A stretch of DNA of 63,090 nucleotides, filler included, from Craspedostauros australis (Eukaryota): assembly GCA_030167865.1 (NCBI GenBank). It is 17 parts of 17 records of this genome, joined end to end, with 100 filler letters (N's around TTAATTAATTAA, not from the genome) between each part and the next. Parts side by side here need not be neighbours in the genome. Positions count along the whole stretch, not along the records: positions 22,959 to 43,897 come from JALAGF010000292.1; positions 43,998 to 45,714 come from JALAGF010000294.1; positions 45,815 to 47,190 come from JALAGF010000295.1; positions 47,291 to 48,422 come from JALAGF010000296.1; 13 more parts are not named here. One strand, given 5' to 3'. Below, one piece after another: positions 36,635 to 48,522 of the stretch (within the stretch, counting starts at the first letter, position 1; every line of letters begins with the position of its first letter). The notes under the pieces are model-generated. The model made no database searches. It was not told the origin of the DNA and saw only the letters and a list, made by a program, of their open reading frames with translations. A program made the translations under genes and the position numbers.

Positions 36635-39600
36635 TCATTGTTCATCGCTCCGATCCATCGCTTCGATGCCCTTCATTAACTTTTGGATGGGCGTGATCAA
36701 GATGGCACCCAATTCGTCACCCATCGACAGATGGTAGTAGTTGCAGAATGCTCGCAGAGTGTTGCGCAGAAAGGAGAGCTTGTCGTGGATCGTCGCACCG
36801 GGCAAGGCTGTGTGGATCATGGGGCGGGAAGCATCGGATTTCAGCAACAGACATGCCATGAGGACGCAACCATTGCCGGCCGCGATCAATCGATCGTCTT
36901 CGTCGGCTTGCAATGCTCGTGCGGAGGACGCTACACCTTCATTTTGTGTCGTCGCCGTCGTCGTCGCTACCACCGCCGTTGGTGGTGTGAGCAAGGCATC
37001 GCGGAAGGAATGCGTCTGGGCGACTGTCCAATTGCACATCCATGCCAACCATGAGGTATCCTCGATACGGTCGACGCCATGGCGACGTCCTTTCGGCACC
37101 TGCCACGACAGCATGGATCGTTGCAGATCGACCATCTCGACGATGTTCGCCATGATGTTTAAACACAAGATGCAACAATCGTACGAATCGTTGGCGAAGG
37201 CGTAACACGCATCGGCCAAATCGCCGCAGCGTTCCAAAATCTGATTTGCGGCAATCGGATTTTGGTGCGTCAAGCTGGTCAACGTCCGCAACGCCACGAA
37301 CGCTATTTCGGAATCAGTGTCGTCGCAGATCACGCGCATCAGTGCGGACATCAATTCTGGATCGCGACAGATGGTTTCTCGGTTCTGTGAGTGCCACAAG
37401 CAGGCACCATCCAATAGCGATGCCAGGACAGTGATTTTGTACCGATCCACGACGGTGCGCTTGTGTTCTCGCAAGGTCTTTGCCATGGCACGCGATAGGA
37501 TGGGCAAACAGTCGCTGCGTGCCAACCACCGGTTGGTTTGCAGCAGCGGGTTGTTGCGCTCGTCGTCGTCGTCGTCAGTTTCACTCGCGGTGCCGTTGTC
37601 GACATCGGGCAGTTCGACCTTCGCCGTTTGCCATGATGCGTGTTCCGAGACTTCATCTTTGCCCGTGATGATGCGCTGCAAGGACTCCAATGTCCACAGG
37701 AGGGCGCATGCGCTGCTGTCTTCCTGGGCTTGCGCATCACCTGCAACGCCATGGATGACGAATTTGGCCTTGAATCGATCCATCCGATCGGAGGACAAGC
37801 CGGGCATGGATGCGACGCTGGAGGGACTCGTGCTGCGCTGTTTCGGCGGGACGCTTTGCGCTAATGAGCCAACCGTCTTGTCGTCGTTGTTGTCGTTGTG
37901 AGGTGCTGCGACGCGTCGTCGTTTCCTCCGTTTCTTTCGTCCCAGCGCGGTTGGATCACAACGCTCTTGCGACTCCGTCAGACTTGAAAAAGACAACATA
38001 GATTCTTGGCTATCCTCTTGCGAGTCGTTGTGTTGCGGCATATCGTGCGTCGCGGGTTGCGTTTCGCAAACTCTTTGTTCTTGTATCAGCAACGACGCAA
38101 TGCCCCGCATCATGCCGCCATGTTGCAGAATTTGGGAACGCATCCATCGCGCCGTCTCTTCCTGCGTCGCACCCACCGATCGGGTCTTGTGCAACGTGCA
38201 ATCGTAGGACAGATGATACACGATCATGGATATGGCTTGTCGCAGGGACACCGACATGCCATGGTCGTCTTGAACATGCGGTTGCGTTGCTAATTTGCGT
38301 CGCGCGCTTTTAGTGCGAGTCGATGCTGTTGGTTGTTGTTGTTGCTGTTTCTGACATGATGATGATGATGATGCCGCCGCCACAACCTGACCAATGGCAT
38401 GCAGGACGGTCGAGCATCGCGCATCGGTTGATTTGTGATGGCGCCACAGTAGAGCGCGCGTTTTGCGATTTTGCAACAAGTGCACCAAATCCAACGCCGC
38501 CTCGAGTCGTTGCGATTGGCGTTTGGCCGTGAGGATGGTGTTGCACATATAGATGCAATCGTCGTGATTCATCTGGTAGGTTCCGGCATCCTCGACGTTG
38601 GTGGGACCAGCGCGCACGATGGATTGCGGGCGTGACGTCGTGGAGGCTGTCGCGAATGTCGCCGAGGAGGAGGAGGCGACTGATGCGGACGATACGTGCG
38701 ATTGTGTGGATCGCAGCAACTTGCGTTGCGCTGTCGATCGGAAGAGCGCTGTGGGTGTGGACAGAGAGTGTGCCGATGAGAGAGTAGATGCGACCGATGG
38801 TGTATCGATCGGCGATTGCAAGGAGTGCCATTCGTTGTCGTCCCGCTTCTGCTTCTGCTTGCGCAGTCGTTGTTTGTGCTGAGCTGCTGACTGCTGTCTT
38901 CCGTGCTTCGCTGCCTGCCGCTTGCGCCTGATCCTGTGCTGCGATGTGGTCGTGATGGATGACGGGGTGGACATCGGAGTGGGAAATGATGCAGATACAG
39001 GTGTGTAACGAGGTGCCTTGCGTGCTTCTTGCACCAGGGGAGTCGCTGGTGCCGTCGTTGTCGTCGGCATCGTGGCTGCCGGGGTTGCTGGAGGTGCTGA
39101 TGCACGAGCTCGCTTCGTTGTCGGAGGCTTGGATCTTGTCGCTGACGATGATGACGATGATGGTGCTCTGGAGGATGACGATGGCGACGGTCTGTCGGAA
39201 CCAAAAGCTGCAGTTTTCTTTGTTCTTGCCGCCGCCGCTGCTGTTGTTCTTGCCGTGGCCTTGACCGGTTTCGATGCCAGCATCTCCGATCGCTGAACCA
39301 CAGTTGTGGGCGAGCGCGACATCCGTTGTTCCTGCTGTTGCTGATTCTGCTGATGCTTTTGCTGCTGCAACTGCCTCTGCTTCATCCGTTGGGACTTCGT
39401 GCGTCCCATCACCCCTCCGCCTGCGATCGATGCTTGCGATGCTACTGTAGACTGCGAGTGCACATGTTCCATCGTGTGGTTGCTTCCAAGACCACTTGCA
39501 AGGCTGCTGCTGATACTCTGTTGCGAGTCTGCAAGGTCCCACTCCTTGTCATGATTATCATCAGCATCATGATCATCATCATCTTTGTTGACGTTCCCAC

Positions 39601-39793
39601 GTAGATGATGCCACTGTTTCTGTGCGTGTATTTTGGGACCCCAAGAAAAACGAGAAGTCGGAACGTCATTGGACTTGATGCCGACAACGCCAACACGCTT
39701 ATTCGTCTTGTATCTGTTGCTTTTGCTGTCGCTGCCATGTTGCACATCCTCCTCATCCTCCTCCAACGATGCCGCGAAGCTGAATTCATCCAT
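36635..39793 (-). CDS. WAPL: Wings-apart-like cohesin release factor
   Basis: Long disordered N-terminus, then a helical domain with VEDAGTYQMNHDDCIYM, ALRTLTSLTHQN and YDCCILCLNIMANIVE, matching WAPL C-terminal blocks as I recall them. Confidence 0.72.
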   Translation of the reverse strand: MDEFSFAASLEEDEEDVQHGSDSKSNRYKTNKRVGVVGIKSNDVPTSRFSWGPKIHAQKQWHHLRGNVNKDDDDHDADDNHDKEWDLADSQQSISSSLASGLGSNHTMEHVHSQSTVASQASIAGGGVMGRTKSQRMKQRQLQQQKHQQNQQQQEQRMSRSPTTVVQRSEMLASKPVKATARTTAAAAARTKKTAAFGSDRPSPSSSSRAPSSSSSSATRSKPPTTKRARASAPPATPAATMPTTTTAPATPLVQEARKAPRYTPVSASFPTPMSTPSSITTTSQHRIRRKRQAAKHGRQQSAAQHKQRLRKQKQKRDDNEWHSLQSPIDTPSVASTLSSAHSLSTPTALFRSTAQRKLLRSTQSHVSSASVASSSSATFATASTTSRPQSIVRAGPTNVEDAGTYQMNHDDCIYMCNTILTAKRQSQRLEAALDLVHLLQNRKTRALLWRHHKSTDARCSTVLHAIGQVVAAASSSSSCQKQQQQQPTASTRTKSARRKLATQPHVQDDHGMSVSLRQAISMIVYHLSYDCTLHKTRSVGATQEETARWMRSQILQHGGMMRGIASLLIQEQRVCETQPATHDMPQHNDSQEDSQESMLSFSSLTESQERCDPTALGRKKRRKRRRVAAPHNDNNDDKTVGSLAQSVPPKQRSTSPSSVASMPGLSSDRMDRFKAKFVIHGVAGDAQAQEDSSACALLWTLESLQRIITGKDEVSEHASWQTAKVELPDVDNGTASETDDDDDERNNPLLQTNRWLARSDCLPILSRAMAKTLREHKRTVVDRYKITVLASLLDGACLWHSQNRETICRDPELMSALMRVICDDTDSEIAFVALRTLTSLTHQNPIAANQILERCGDLADACYAFANDSYDCCILCLNIMANIVEMVDLQRSMLSWQVPKGRRHGVDRIEDTSWLAWMCNWTVAQTHSFRDALLTPPTAVVATTTATTQNEGVASSARALQADEDDRLIAAGNGCVLMACLLLKSDASRPMIHTALPGATIHDKLSFLRNTLRAFCNYYHLSMGDELGAILITPIQKLMKGIEAMDRSDEQ

Positions 39794-40447
39794 GATCTGT
39801 TCTATCTAATGCTGTTGTCTTCAAACTGACCACACCCTTTGCAACTGATGGTTGTGTGGTTGTTTGCCATGCACGCTCTATCGGTGTCGTGGTTGATGTG
39901 ATGGTTGACATCGTGTTGCGTTTCCCGCATTTGTTCCCACGATTTCGCGTCACGCTCGTTGTTCTTCTTGTTGCGACGGTCATCTTCTTTTTTGGCGCGA
40001 CATTGACGGATGGAGTGACAGACGCATATGCATGATTCGGAAGTAACATCCGGGTCATTCCAAATTGAATCGAGTATCTTTGCACGTCAACAACGACAGT
40101 TGCTCGGCATTCTTTCCTCGTCGTTGTCGTACGCATTGCGCAGTGCTTGTTTGCGTCGTTGATGTTGAAGTCGGCTCGACCTTCAATGACGCTCGTTGTT
40201 GTCGCAACTTTTGTGGTTGTTGCGGCTGTCGCGAATTTTGTTGTTGTTGTTGCGACCACGAGCTGTGGCTGATCCTGTTGTTTGTTGGTGTTGTTGCTGT
40301 TGCCACAGCGATCCAACGATCAGCAGATACGAACCCAAAGCACAGTCATCCCAACCACACCCGCAACTACAACTACAGCTACAACCACTGCACAATCGTC
40401 ACAACAAATACAAAGCCCCAGCCACGCCGTGTAGTACATACCCCAAC

Positions 40448-41221
40448 ATGAAGTTCTCCCTCCTGACCTCCGCTCTGCTGGCCACCAGCGCCGCCGCCTT
40501 CACCACCCCAAGCAACAATGGCGTCACCAGCACGCAGCTGCAGGGATCCTCCATGGACGAGCTCGTGAAGGTCGCCGAGAAGGCAAACCCCATCGTCAAG
40601 TTCTACGATCCGCTCAACCTCGCCCAGGCCGACTTCTGGGGCGGCGTCGGCAACGAGGCCACCATCGGCTTCCTGCGCCACTCCGAGATCAAGCACGGCC
40701 GCATCGCCATGTTCGCCTTCGTCGGATACGTCGTGCAGTCCAACATCCACTTCCCATGGTCCTACAGCCTCGATGGCACCCCGCTGCCAGACGTCAGCCT
40801 CTCGCCGGAGGCCCAGTGGGATGCCCTCCCGGTGGAGGCCAAGGGACAGATCTTCCTCACCATCGCCTGCCTCGAAATCTGGGACGAGATGGGCGGCGGC
40901 ATCCGCGACGGAGAGGGCCTGCCCCATTACATGAACGGACGCAAGCCAGGACAGTACCCAAGCATGGGCGGATTCCGTGACAACGTCCACTTCGCGCTCG
41001 ACCTCTTCGATCCATTTGGCCTGTCCAAGAACAAGAGCGAGGCCGCCAAGGAGGAAGGTCTCATCAAGGAGCTCAACAACGGACGTCTGGCGATGATCGG
41101 CATCCTGGGATTCCTGGCCGCCGACAAGGTCGAGGGATCCGTGCCGCTGCTGACCAGCATCGCGCGTCCTTACGCCGGAGAGCCAATGGCACCATTCAGC
41201 GCCGACTTTTCCCTGTTCTAA
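40448..41221 (+). CDS. Fucoxanthin-chlorophyll a/c light-harvesting protein (probably Lhcq-type)
   Basis: Bipartite targeting sequence MKFSLLTSALLATSAAAF, plus FYDPL, RHSEIKHGRIAM and KELNNGRLAMIG. Strong codon bias. Confidence 0.95.
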   Translation: MKFSLLTSALLATSAAAFTTPSNNGVTSTQLQGSSMDELVKVAEKANPIVKFYDPLNLAQADFWGGVGNEATIGFLRHSEIKHGRIAMFAFVGYVVQSNIHFPWSYSLDGTPLPDVSLSPEAQWDALPVEAKGQIFLTIACLEIWDEMGGGIRDGEGLPHYMNGRKPGQYPSMGGFRDNVHFALDLFDPFGLSKNKSEAAKEEGLIKELNNGRLAMIGILGFLAADKVEGSVPLLTSIARPYAGEPMAPFSADFSLF

Positions 41222-42625
41222 GCAGCGCGACCGCAGCTAAAGACTACCACTCTACCATACTCTACATCCCACCATACGTACCAAACATCACCTCTGCGTG
41301 ATTTCATCCGGCACTGCGACATCGCGCGTCGCATGGCAGTGTAGTGCGATGCACTCGGCAGCACCTTGCGCTCTCTCATTCTCTCTTTCTTGAACAAACA
41401 CAAATGGAGTAGAGTAGCACACCCCCATGCACTTAGCGAGCAGTGAAAGGGCGAGACAAGGCAAACGGACCAAACTCTGGAGTATTGTACTCCTTCACAC
41501 ACAGAGTACGATAATACCATGCTCTTAGGCAACCACGCTGTACATTGCCAATCAAATCTTCTCGCTGTTTGCATTAGCGTTTGCGCGGATGCGATCCTTC
41601 ATTCGTCTTGCGCTGCAATGAATGATGTCATTGGCACGTGATCTGTCCTGATCCCTGTTCCTCGATCGTTGGTACGAGTAGACTGGATGACACAAGCATG
41701 TGTTGTGTTGTGTACCGATGATCCTTAGCAAGCAGAGTCGTGACGGCACTCTCTTCCGGGTACGAGCAGGAACCCAGGACGCTGCCCATCTGCGCCTGTT
41801 TCTCTGACACTATGGTGCTCCGCCAAAGGAAGGAGAGGTACGTTTGGCCTGGGACGAAGTCTTCGTGGTTGCCACAGAATGCTTTCGTAGGAGGGCTCCT
41901 GGTACTTTGCATACTCTGCAATGGAACGGTACGTGCACAAACTCCTTGTCGGCAAACGATGCACTTGCAACAGAGATCGGCAACAGATCCATCACAACAG
42001 TTGCGATCCTCTGCCGTGGCGTGGAACAACAACGGTTCTGCCTTCCGACAATCGAAGGCGCTCTCCAAAGTTTGAAAAGTATGGTAGGGGAATACTCTCT
42101 TGACATCGACATTGCAAACGGATGAACAGTGACATGGACATAGTACTCTGTGCATTTCGAATAGGTTCACATTCTCTACTTGTTATTGTAGGCTTCTGGG
42201 TTCTAGATTATTTCGTTGATAATATTCAACTACGGAAGTCCGACAGGCAGGACATTGGCTGACGACGACCCCGATTGATCGACTAGAGATGAGGGCGCTA
42301 CCGATCTAAACAGGAACAGAAGCAGTGATCTTGTGCAAAGCAGAAGGTCAAGCAAACACCTCATCTGTTCCATCTCGTTATGGATGCATCCTCCGCCTCC
42401 AATCTGCACGGGCCAATCTCAACCCGCCTATTCATTCGTGACGTTCTGATTGGCCAATCTTGACTTTCTTTGTTGGCTCACTTCCTCGCATGTGTAGCGA
42501 CTTGTCCAACATCCAGACGAACACTACCAACCCTCCCTCCATCATCGGGAATGATCATGGTTGGAGCATCATGGCAACGCAACGTGCTGCCTCCGACGAA
42601 GAACCCAGCAGGACTAAGCCAGAAG

Positions 42626-43897
42626 AACGCTGGTTGTCGAGTCTTGTGGGCGATGAGTCGTGTTAAGATAGACCAATCTAGAGCACACTCAAAGAACCAT
42701 CCAAATGACTACTTATGATGCTATACCTCAACAACACGTCGTTTACAATTGAACATAAACAGTGAATTCAGACACCTGACTATCCGTGATTCTTACAATC
42801 GAAGGTAAACCTATATGAACCTTATTTATAACATCAGATTGGCTTGCTGTCCGTCGTGTTGTGGGCTCAAAGAAATCTGGATGGCACCTTGCTGCCCTCC
42901 CTTCGCATCCATGATTGTCATCATCATCATTCCTGGCTGCAGCCTCTTCCAGAAAATATGGCCCCATTCAAGGTTCGCGTGTTGCCATTTGCGGGTTTTT
43001 AAAACAAGCACATATAATAGTTCATCCTTGTGCTCACACAAAATGTTCCCAAGCTCCGCGGAGATTCATCGCGGTTGCTGCGCGCTCATCTTTTGGAGGT
43101 CCCGAATAGTCGCACTCCACCGAACGAGCAATCCTCCTCCAGTTATGATTTGGGCGGCCTGCATCACTTTCGAGACCTGGATGAGTGCTTTATCACCATC
43201 ACCTCTGCCTCTCTGTCTACTTCACAACCGACTCATTCCAAATTCGAAGCTTCTTTGTACGCACGTCGCAGGCATTCACCAACACCCGCGCGTACGTTTC
43301 GTTTTCACCGTTGCAGTCAAGAGCGCAGTGATTGACAGCCATTCGATTACGCACGTTGGGGGTCCGTGGTTTCCAATGCCGCATCGCTATTGCATGATGT
43401 CGCAGGTGATGTCCCGCCCACTGTCTCTTCATGCTGCGAAAGGGCTTTGAGAGGGCATTGCGTTGGAATGGTTCCGCCACAAATACATGTGCCGGTCATG
43501 AAATCATTGCTACTTGTGTCGTTGCGTTGTCCATCATTCTCTTTGTTGGAATACTTGCGCATTTTGTTGATCTAGCTGATGCTGCAGGTTTGCGCTCACT
43601 TTGGACGGCGTGGATGATGCCGGGCATGTTCTGCTCGTTCATGCCGTAAGCAGACCATCGCACAAACAAGGGTACAGGCGATCAACGAAAGTGGTGGTCC
43701 CAACGCATCGCAGCCGATCGTAGAGGCATCTATTTCTGCCAGCGCGGTCGCTGCCCATTGTAAACGTCAACCACTTACATGTCTTCCTTGCTTCAATGAT
43801 TGACTTGGCGCCATCTCCGTCTTCCACGCTTGGCGGCGGACTGCGTTCCTTTTATTTTGCCTGTTGTTGGTTCCGCAGTTTTGAGTGAAGATGTGAG
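42626..43897. mobile_element. Degenerate unclassified repeat element (diverged relative of 60180-60779)
   Basis: 42626-42765 aligns by eye with 60183-60320: AACGCTGGTTGTCGAGTCTTGTGGG vs AACACTAGTTGTGGAGTTTTGTGGG, and ATGCTATAYCTCAACAACAC..TACAATT. Only broken ORFs follow. Confidence 0.55.
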
Positions 43898-43997
43898 NNN
43901 NNNNNNNNNNNNNNNNNNNNNNNNNNNNNNNNNNNNNNNNNTTAATTAATTAANNNNNNNNNNNNNNNNNNNNNNNNNNNNNNNNNNNNNNNNNNNN

Positions 43998-45714
43998 TGC
44001 CGGCAGGTTGGGAACAGCTCCAGTGCAGAGCGACAGCGGATCCGACGCCGCATTCGCAAGCACCTAGGCTCCCAAGCAAACATCATCAGCAAGCTGGTCC
44101 CGGCTATTCACACCTTGCTTTCCTCCGGCAACGCCAAGACCAGCAACGTGCCACAATCCCAGCTGAACCCAGCCACTGACGAATCAGCTTCTCAGCAGCA
44201 CCCGCCGCAACCTTCAGCAAAAGGTGCCTCGATTGATGACATCAAACAACACCAATCTGTGGCATCGNNNNNNNNNNNNNNNNNNNNNNNNNNNNNNNNN
44301 NNNNNNNNNNNNNNNNNNNNNNNNNNNNNNNNNNNNNNNNNNNNNNNNNNNNNNNNNNNNNNNNNNNNNNNNNNNNAGTGGAACAGCTCGGGGCCAAGGC
44401 CGACGTCGCGTGGAATCAACTAAGGTACACCTTGACAACGTTGCTGCACGCCATCTCGACGAAGCAGCGACCGGTCATCCTCTTCCTCGATGACCTGCAA
44501 TGGTCTTCGCAAGTCAGCATCGATCTCATCTCGACCTTCCTCTGCGACAAGAATTTGAAGTACTTCCTCATGATCGGTGCCGTTCGCCAGGACACCAATC
44601 CTCACAGCTCAGGTGAGCTCTTGGATCTGAACGACGACAGCCCGCTCAGGAAGATGATTGAGACTTTGTGCACGCCAGCAGGCTCCAACCTTCGACATGA
44701 ATCCGCGACCGAGACGTCTGCTTCCAAACATCAAGTATCCTCGCCATGGACGGACCTGGTGCTGGCTCATCACACGAAGCAGGAGATTGCAGAGTGCCTC
44801 TCGATCCTCCTCAACCGCACCGTTGAGGATCTGGAACCGTTCACGTCCAGGATCTACGAACGTGCGGAGGGAAACATCTTCTTCACCCTCCAGCTCGTGG
44901 AGCAGCTGCAAGAAACCAACATTCTTACATACAGCCACACCACCTTCCAGTGGGAATGGCACTGGCCCCAAAGCATAGTCTCCACAAGCAGCGCCAGCAG
45001 TGCCCGGATCGTCGGCAGCGACAGCTACGCCTTGCCTTTCGCAAGGAACATCGTCGAGCTCATGTCTCACAAGCTCAGTCGGCTCTCCCCGCAGCTCAAG
45101 GTAGCCCTCGCGTGTGCCGCTTACATCCGCGCCACATTTGACCTATCCACCCTCCGAATGGTCCTCAATGCGCAACCGGCTTCATTCATGTCTCTCGGAG
45201 ACAACACGTGCGCGACAGCTGAGCCGATCATCTCCGCGGAGAAGCTCGAGCATCTTCTGGAGGAGGCCGTGCTGCAAGGATTTCTAACCAATTTTACCGG
45301 AGGCAGCACGTACTGCTTCGCCCACGATCGCATCCAGCAGGCAGCATACGAGTCGGTCCCGTTCGGGGAGGATCGCTGCAAGCTCAAATCAAGAATCGGC
45401 AAGTGTCTCTTCGAGTACTGCCGTCCATCGACGCGCTCCACTATCGATGAAAACGATGATACTGACGATGTGACCTCTGCTGATGAACTCGGTGACGACG
45501 AGTACAACGATGAGAACAGCAAGGGTTACCCATTGCTAAGCGCGGACGGCCAAGTCATCGATCAGACGCTGCTGTACGTTGCCGCGGATCATCTGAACAG
45601 CGTGCCAACAAAGGATCATCTCTTCATCGTCAAGCTCAATCTGCAAGCCGGGGACTTGGCTCTGTCCATGGCGGCCCTGGCGCAGGCCTCGGTGTACTAC
45701 AGATCGGCATCTAC
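43998..45714 (+). CDS. STAND-like AAA ATPase (COG3899-type predicted ATPase), central part
   Basis: Walker B PVILFLDDLQW, GNIFFTLQ, YCFAHDRIQQAAY and LNLQAG. 43998-44267 is the reverse complement of the starts of the next two contigs. Confidence 0.85.
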
Positions 45715-45814
45715 NNNNNNNNNNNNNNNNNNNNNNNNNNNNNNNNNNNNNNNNNNNNTTAATTAATTAANNNNNNNNNNNNNNNNNNNNNNNNNNNNNN
45801 NNNNNNNNNNNNNN

Positions 45815-46774
45815 CGATGCCACAGATTGGTGTTGTTTGATGTCATCAATCGAGGCACCTTTTGCTGAAGGTTGCGGCGGGTGCTGCTGAGAAGCTGATT
45901 CGTCAGTGGCTGGGTTCAGCTGGGATTGTGGCACGTTGCTGGTCTTGGCGTTGCCGGAGGAAAGCAAGGTGTGAATAGCCGGGACCAGCTTGCTGATGAT
46001 GTTTGCTTGGGAGCCTAGGTGCTTGCGAATGCGGCGTCGGATCCGCTGTCGCTCTGCACTGGAGCTGTTCCCAACCTGCCGGCAGAAGTCGTTCAGGGCC
46101 TGGATGATGGCGGAGAAAGGGTCGCTGTCCTGTATGTGCTCATCGGTCTTGCCTTGGATGAAGTAAGGAAGCAATGGGATGTCTCCATTGTCTGCATTGT
46201 CTCCATTGTCTGCATCCTGTTGCAGATCCTTGACGAATTGGTTGATCATCTTCGTCTTTCCGGTTCCGCTGGCTCCTCGCACGAAGACCACAGGGGTGGA
46301 GCACGAAATACCTTCATTTGCATTCGTAGATTGGCCGGCGGTTGGAGATCCTGAATTGGGGTAGGCATCATTGTTGCTGTTGCTGCTGTTGCCGTTCTCT
46401 GCCTCGTTGCTCCGTTCCAACATGTGCTGATACGCATTGCGAAGCTTCTTGAGTTCGGCATGACGTCCCATCAACGGGATGTTGGAGAGGTTGAGCTTGG
46501 TCTCGAGCTCAGCGCTAAGTTCCTCCTCATTGTACCCATCATCGTAGAAGTCGTTGCCTGACGTGAACACCTTTGATGGATCCCTTGTGTGTGGTGCATT
46601 CCTAGCAGCAGCAGTAGTAGTAGCAGTAGTAATAGTACTGGTGCCAGCGCCAATACCAGCGGCAATACCAGTATCAGTGCCAGTGCCAGACCTTGTCTCT
46701 GCGAGGACTCGTCCATCTGCGACCGCAGTCATGGCTTTGTCCATGCTCATTGCAGTTGTCATCGTTTTGCTCAT
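45815..46774 (-). CDS. Same ATPase, 5' part, variant A
   Basis: LMGRHAELKKL, Walker A GASGTGKT and GKTD..DPFSAI. The start codon is uncertain. Confidence 0.85.
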
Positions 46775-47290
46775 TGGTATTATATAATGGGCTTGCCTCG
46801 GATGCCAGCGATTGTGCATTGACTGATGGATGCTGTCGTTCTTGTTGCTGCTGCTCTTTTTGTGATGATTGGGTCAGCCTTGGTTGCGGCTTGCGTTTGG
46901 AAATGGTGGCGTGCTGACACGAGCGTTGGTGTTGGCATTTGAGGTGAGTGTTGGTGACCACTTGGCGTCACCAACACTACCAACTCTACCTGGAGCGGTT
47001 CCAGCCATTTCGCCGCGCTTCATCCGCTCCCGGTCACCCTGATCCGCGCGAAGACAACTGTGGGAGAGATGAAGTGATACGAATAGACGGCCACTCCGTG
47101 AGAACTCGTACGACCTCCAGGTCGCAGTTGATGCACTCACGATAACACTAGTTGTGGAGTGTTTTTTGAGTTTTACTCGTGATGAGTCGTNNNNNNNNNN
47201 NNNNNNNNNNNNNNNNNNNNNNNNNNNNNNNNNNTTAATTAATTAANNNNNNNNNNNNNNNNNNNNNNNNNNNNNNNNNNNNNNNNNNNN

Positions 47291-48422
47291 CGATGCCACA
47301 GATTGGTGTTGTTTGATGTCATCAATCGAGGCACCTTTTGCTGAAGGTTGCGGCGGGTGCTGCTGAGAAGCTGATTCGTCAGTGGCTGGGTTCAGCTGGG
47401 ATTGTGGCACGTTGCTGGTCTTGGCGTTGCCGGAGGAAAGCAAGGTGTGAATAGCCGGGACCAGCTTGCTGATGATGTTTGCTTGGGAGCCTAGGTGCTT
47501 GCGAATGCGGCGTCGGATCCGCTGTCGCTCTGCACTGGAGCTGTTCCCAACCTGCCGGCAGAAGTCGTTCAGGGCCTGGATGATGGCGGAGAAAGGGTCG
47601 CTGTCCTGTATGTGCTCATCGGTCTTGCCTTGGATGAAGTAAGGAAGCAATGGGATGTCTCCATTGTCTGCATTGTCTCCATTGTCTGCATCCTGCGCAG
47701 TCTGTGAAGTGTGAGTGTGAGGGCTTGGGCGTGGAGTGTCTTGGGTGGTTCCAGGGTTGCTCCTTGTTCTTTGATCAACGGAAGGCGCTTCGGACTTGTT
47801 GTGGTTGCTGTCACTATTGTCATTGGGCTCCTGTTCCAGATCCTGTTGAAGATCCTGTTGAAGATCCTGTTGCAGATCCTGTTGCAAATCCTTGATGAAT
47901 TGGTTGATCATCTTCGTCTTTCCGGTTCCGCTGGCTCCTCGCACGAAGACCACAGGGGTGGAGCATGAAACACCCTCATTTGTATTCGTAGATTGGCCGG
48001 CGGTTGGAGATCCTGAATTGGGGTAGGCATCATTGTTGCTGTTGCTGTTGCTGTTGCTACTATTGCTATTGCCATTCTCTGCCTTGTTGCTCCGTTCCAG
48101 CATGTACTGATACACATTGCGAAGCTTTTTGAGTTCAGCCTGACGTCCCATCAATGGGATGTTGGAGAGGTTGAGTTTGGTCTTGAGCTTGGCGCTGAGT
48201 TCCTCCTCATTGTACCCATCATCGTAGAAGTCGTTGCCTGAAGTGAACACCTGTGATGGATCCCTTGTGTGTGGTGTATTCCTAGCGGCAGTAGTAGTAG
48301 TAGCAGTAGTAATAGTACTGGTGCCAGCGCCAATACCAGCGCCAATACCAGCGCCAATACCAGTATCAGTGCCAGTGCCAGACCTTGTCTCTGCGAGGAC
48401 TCGTCCATCTGCGACCGCAGTC
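47291..48422 (-). CDS. Same ATPase, 5' part, variant B (186-bp in-frame extra segment)
   Basis: Nearly identical to variant A except SNPs, repeat-number changes and the extra 47696-47881. Confidence 0.85.
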
Positions 48423-48522
48423 NNNNNNNNNNNNNNNNNNNNNNNNNNNNNNNNNNNNNNNNNNNNTTAATTAATTAANNNNNNNNNNNNNNNNNNNNNN
48501 NNNNNNNNNNNNNNNNNNNNNN

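Noticed and set aside
41600..42170. Cys-rich 180-aa ORF and overlapping plus-strand ORFs
   Set aside because: Coding strand unresolved, stops interrupt the plus frame, and no family recognised.
43998..48422. Inverted triplicated ATPase gene cluster
   Set aside because: The pieces are on separate contigs that overlap each other; order and orientation are arbitrary.
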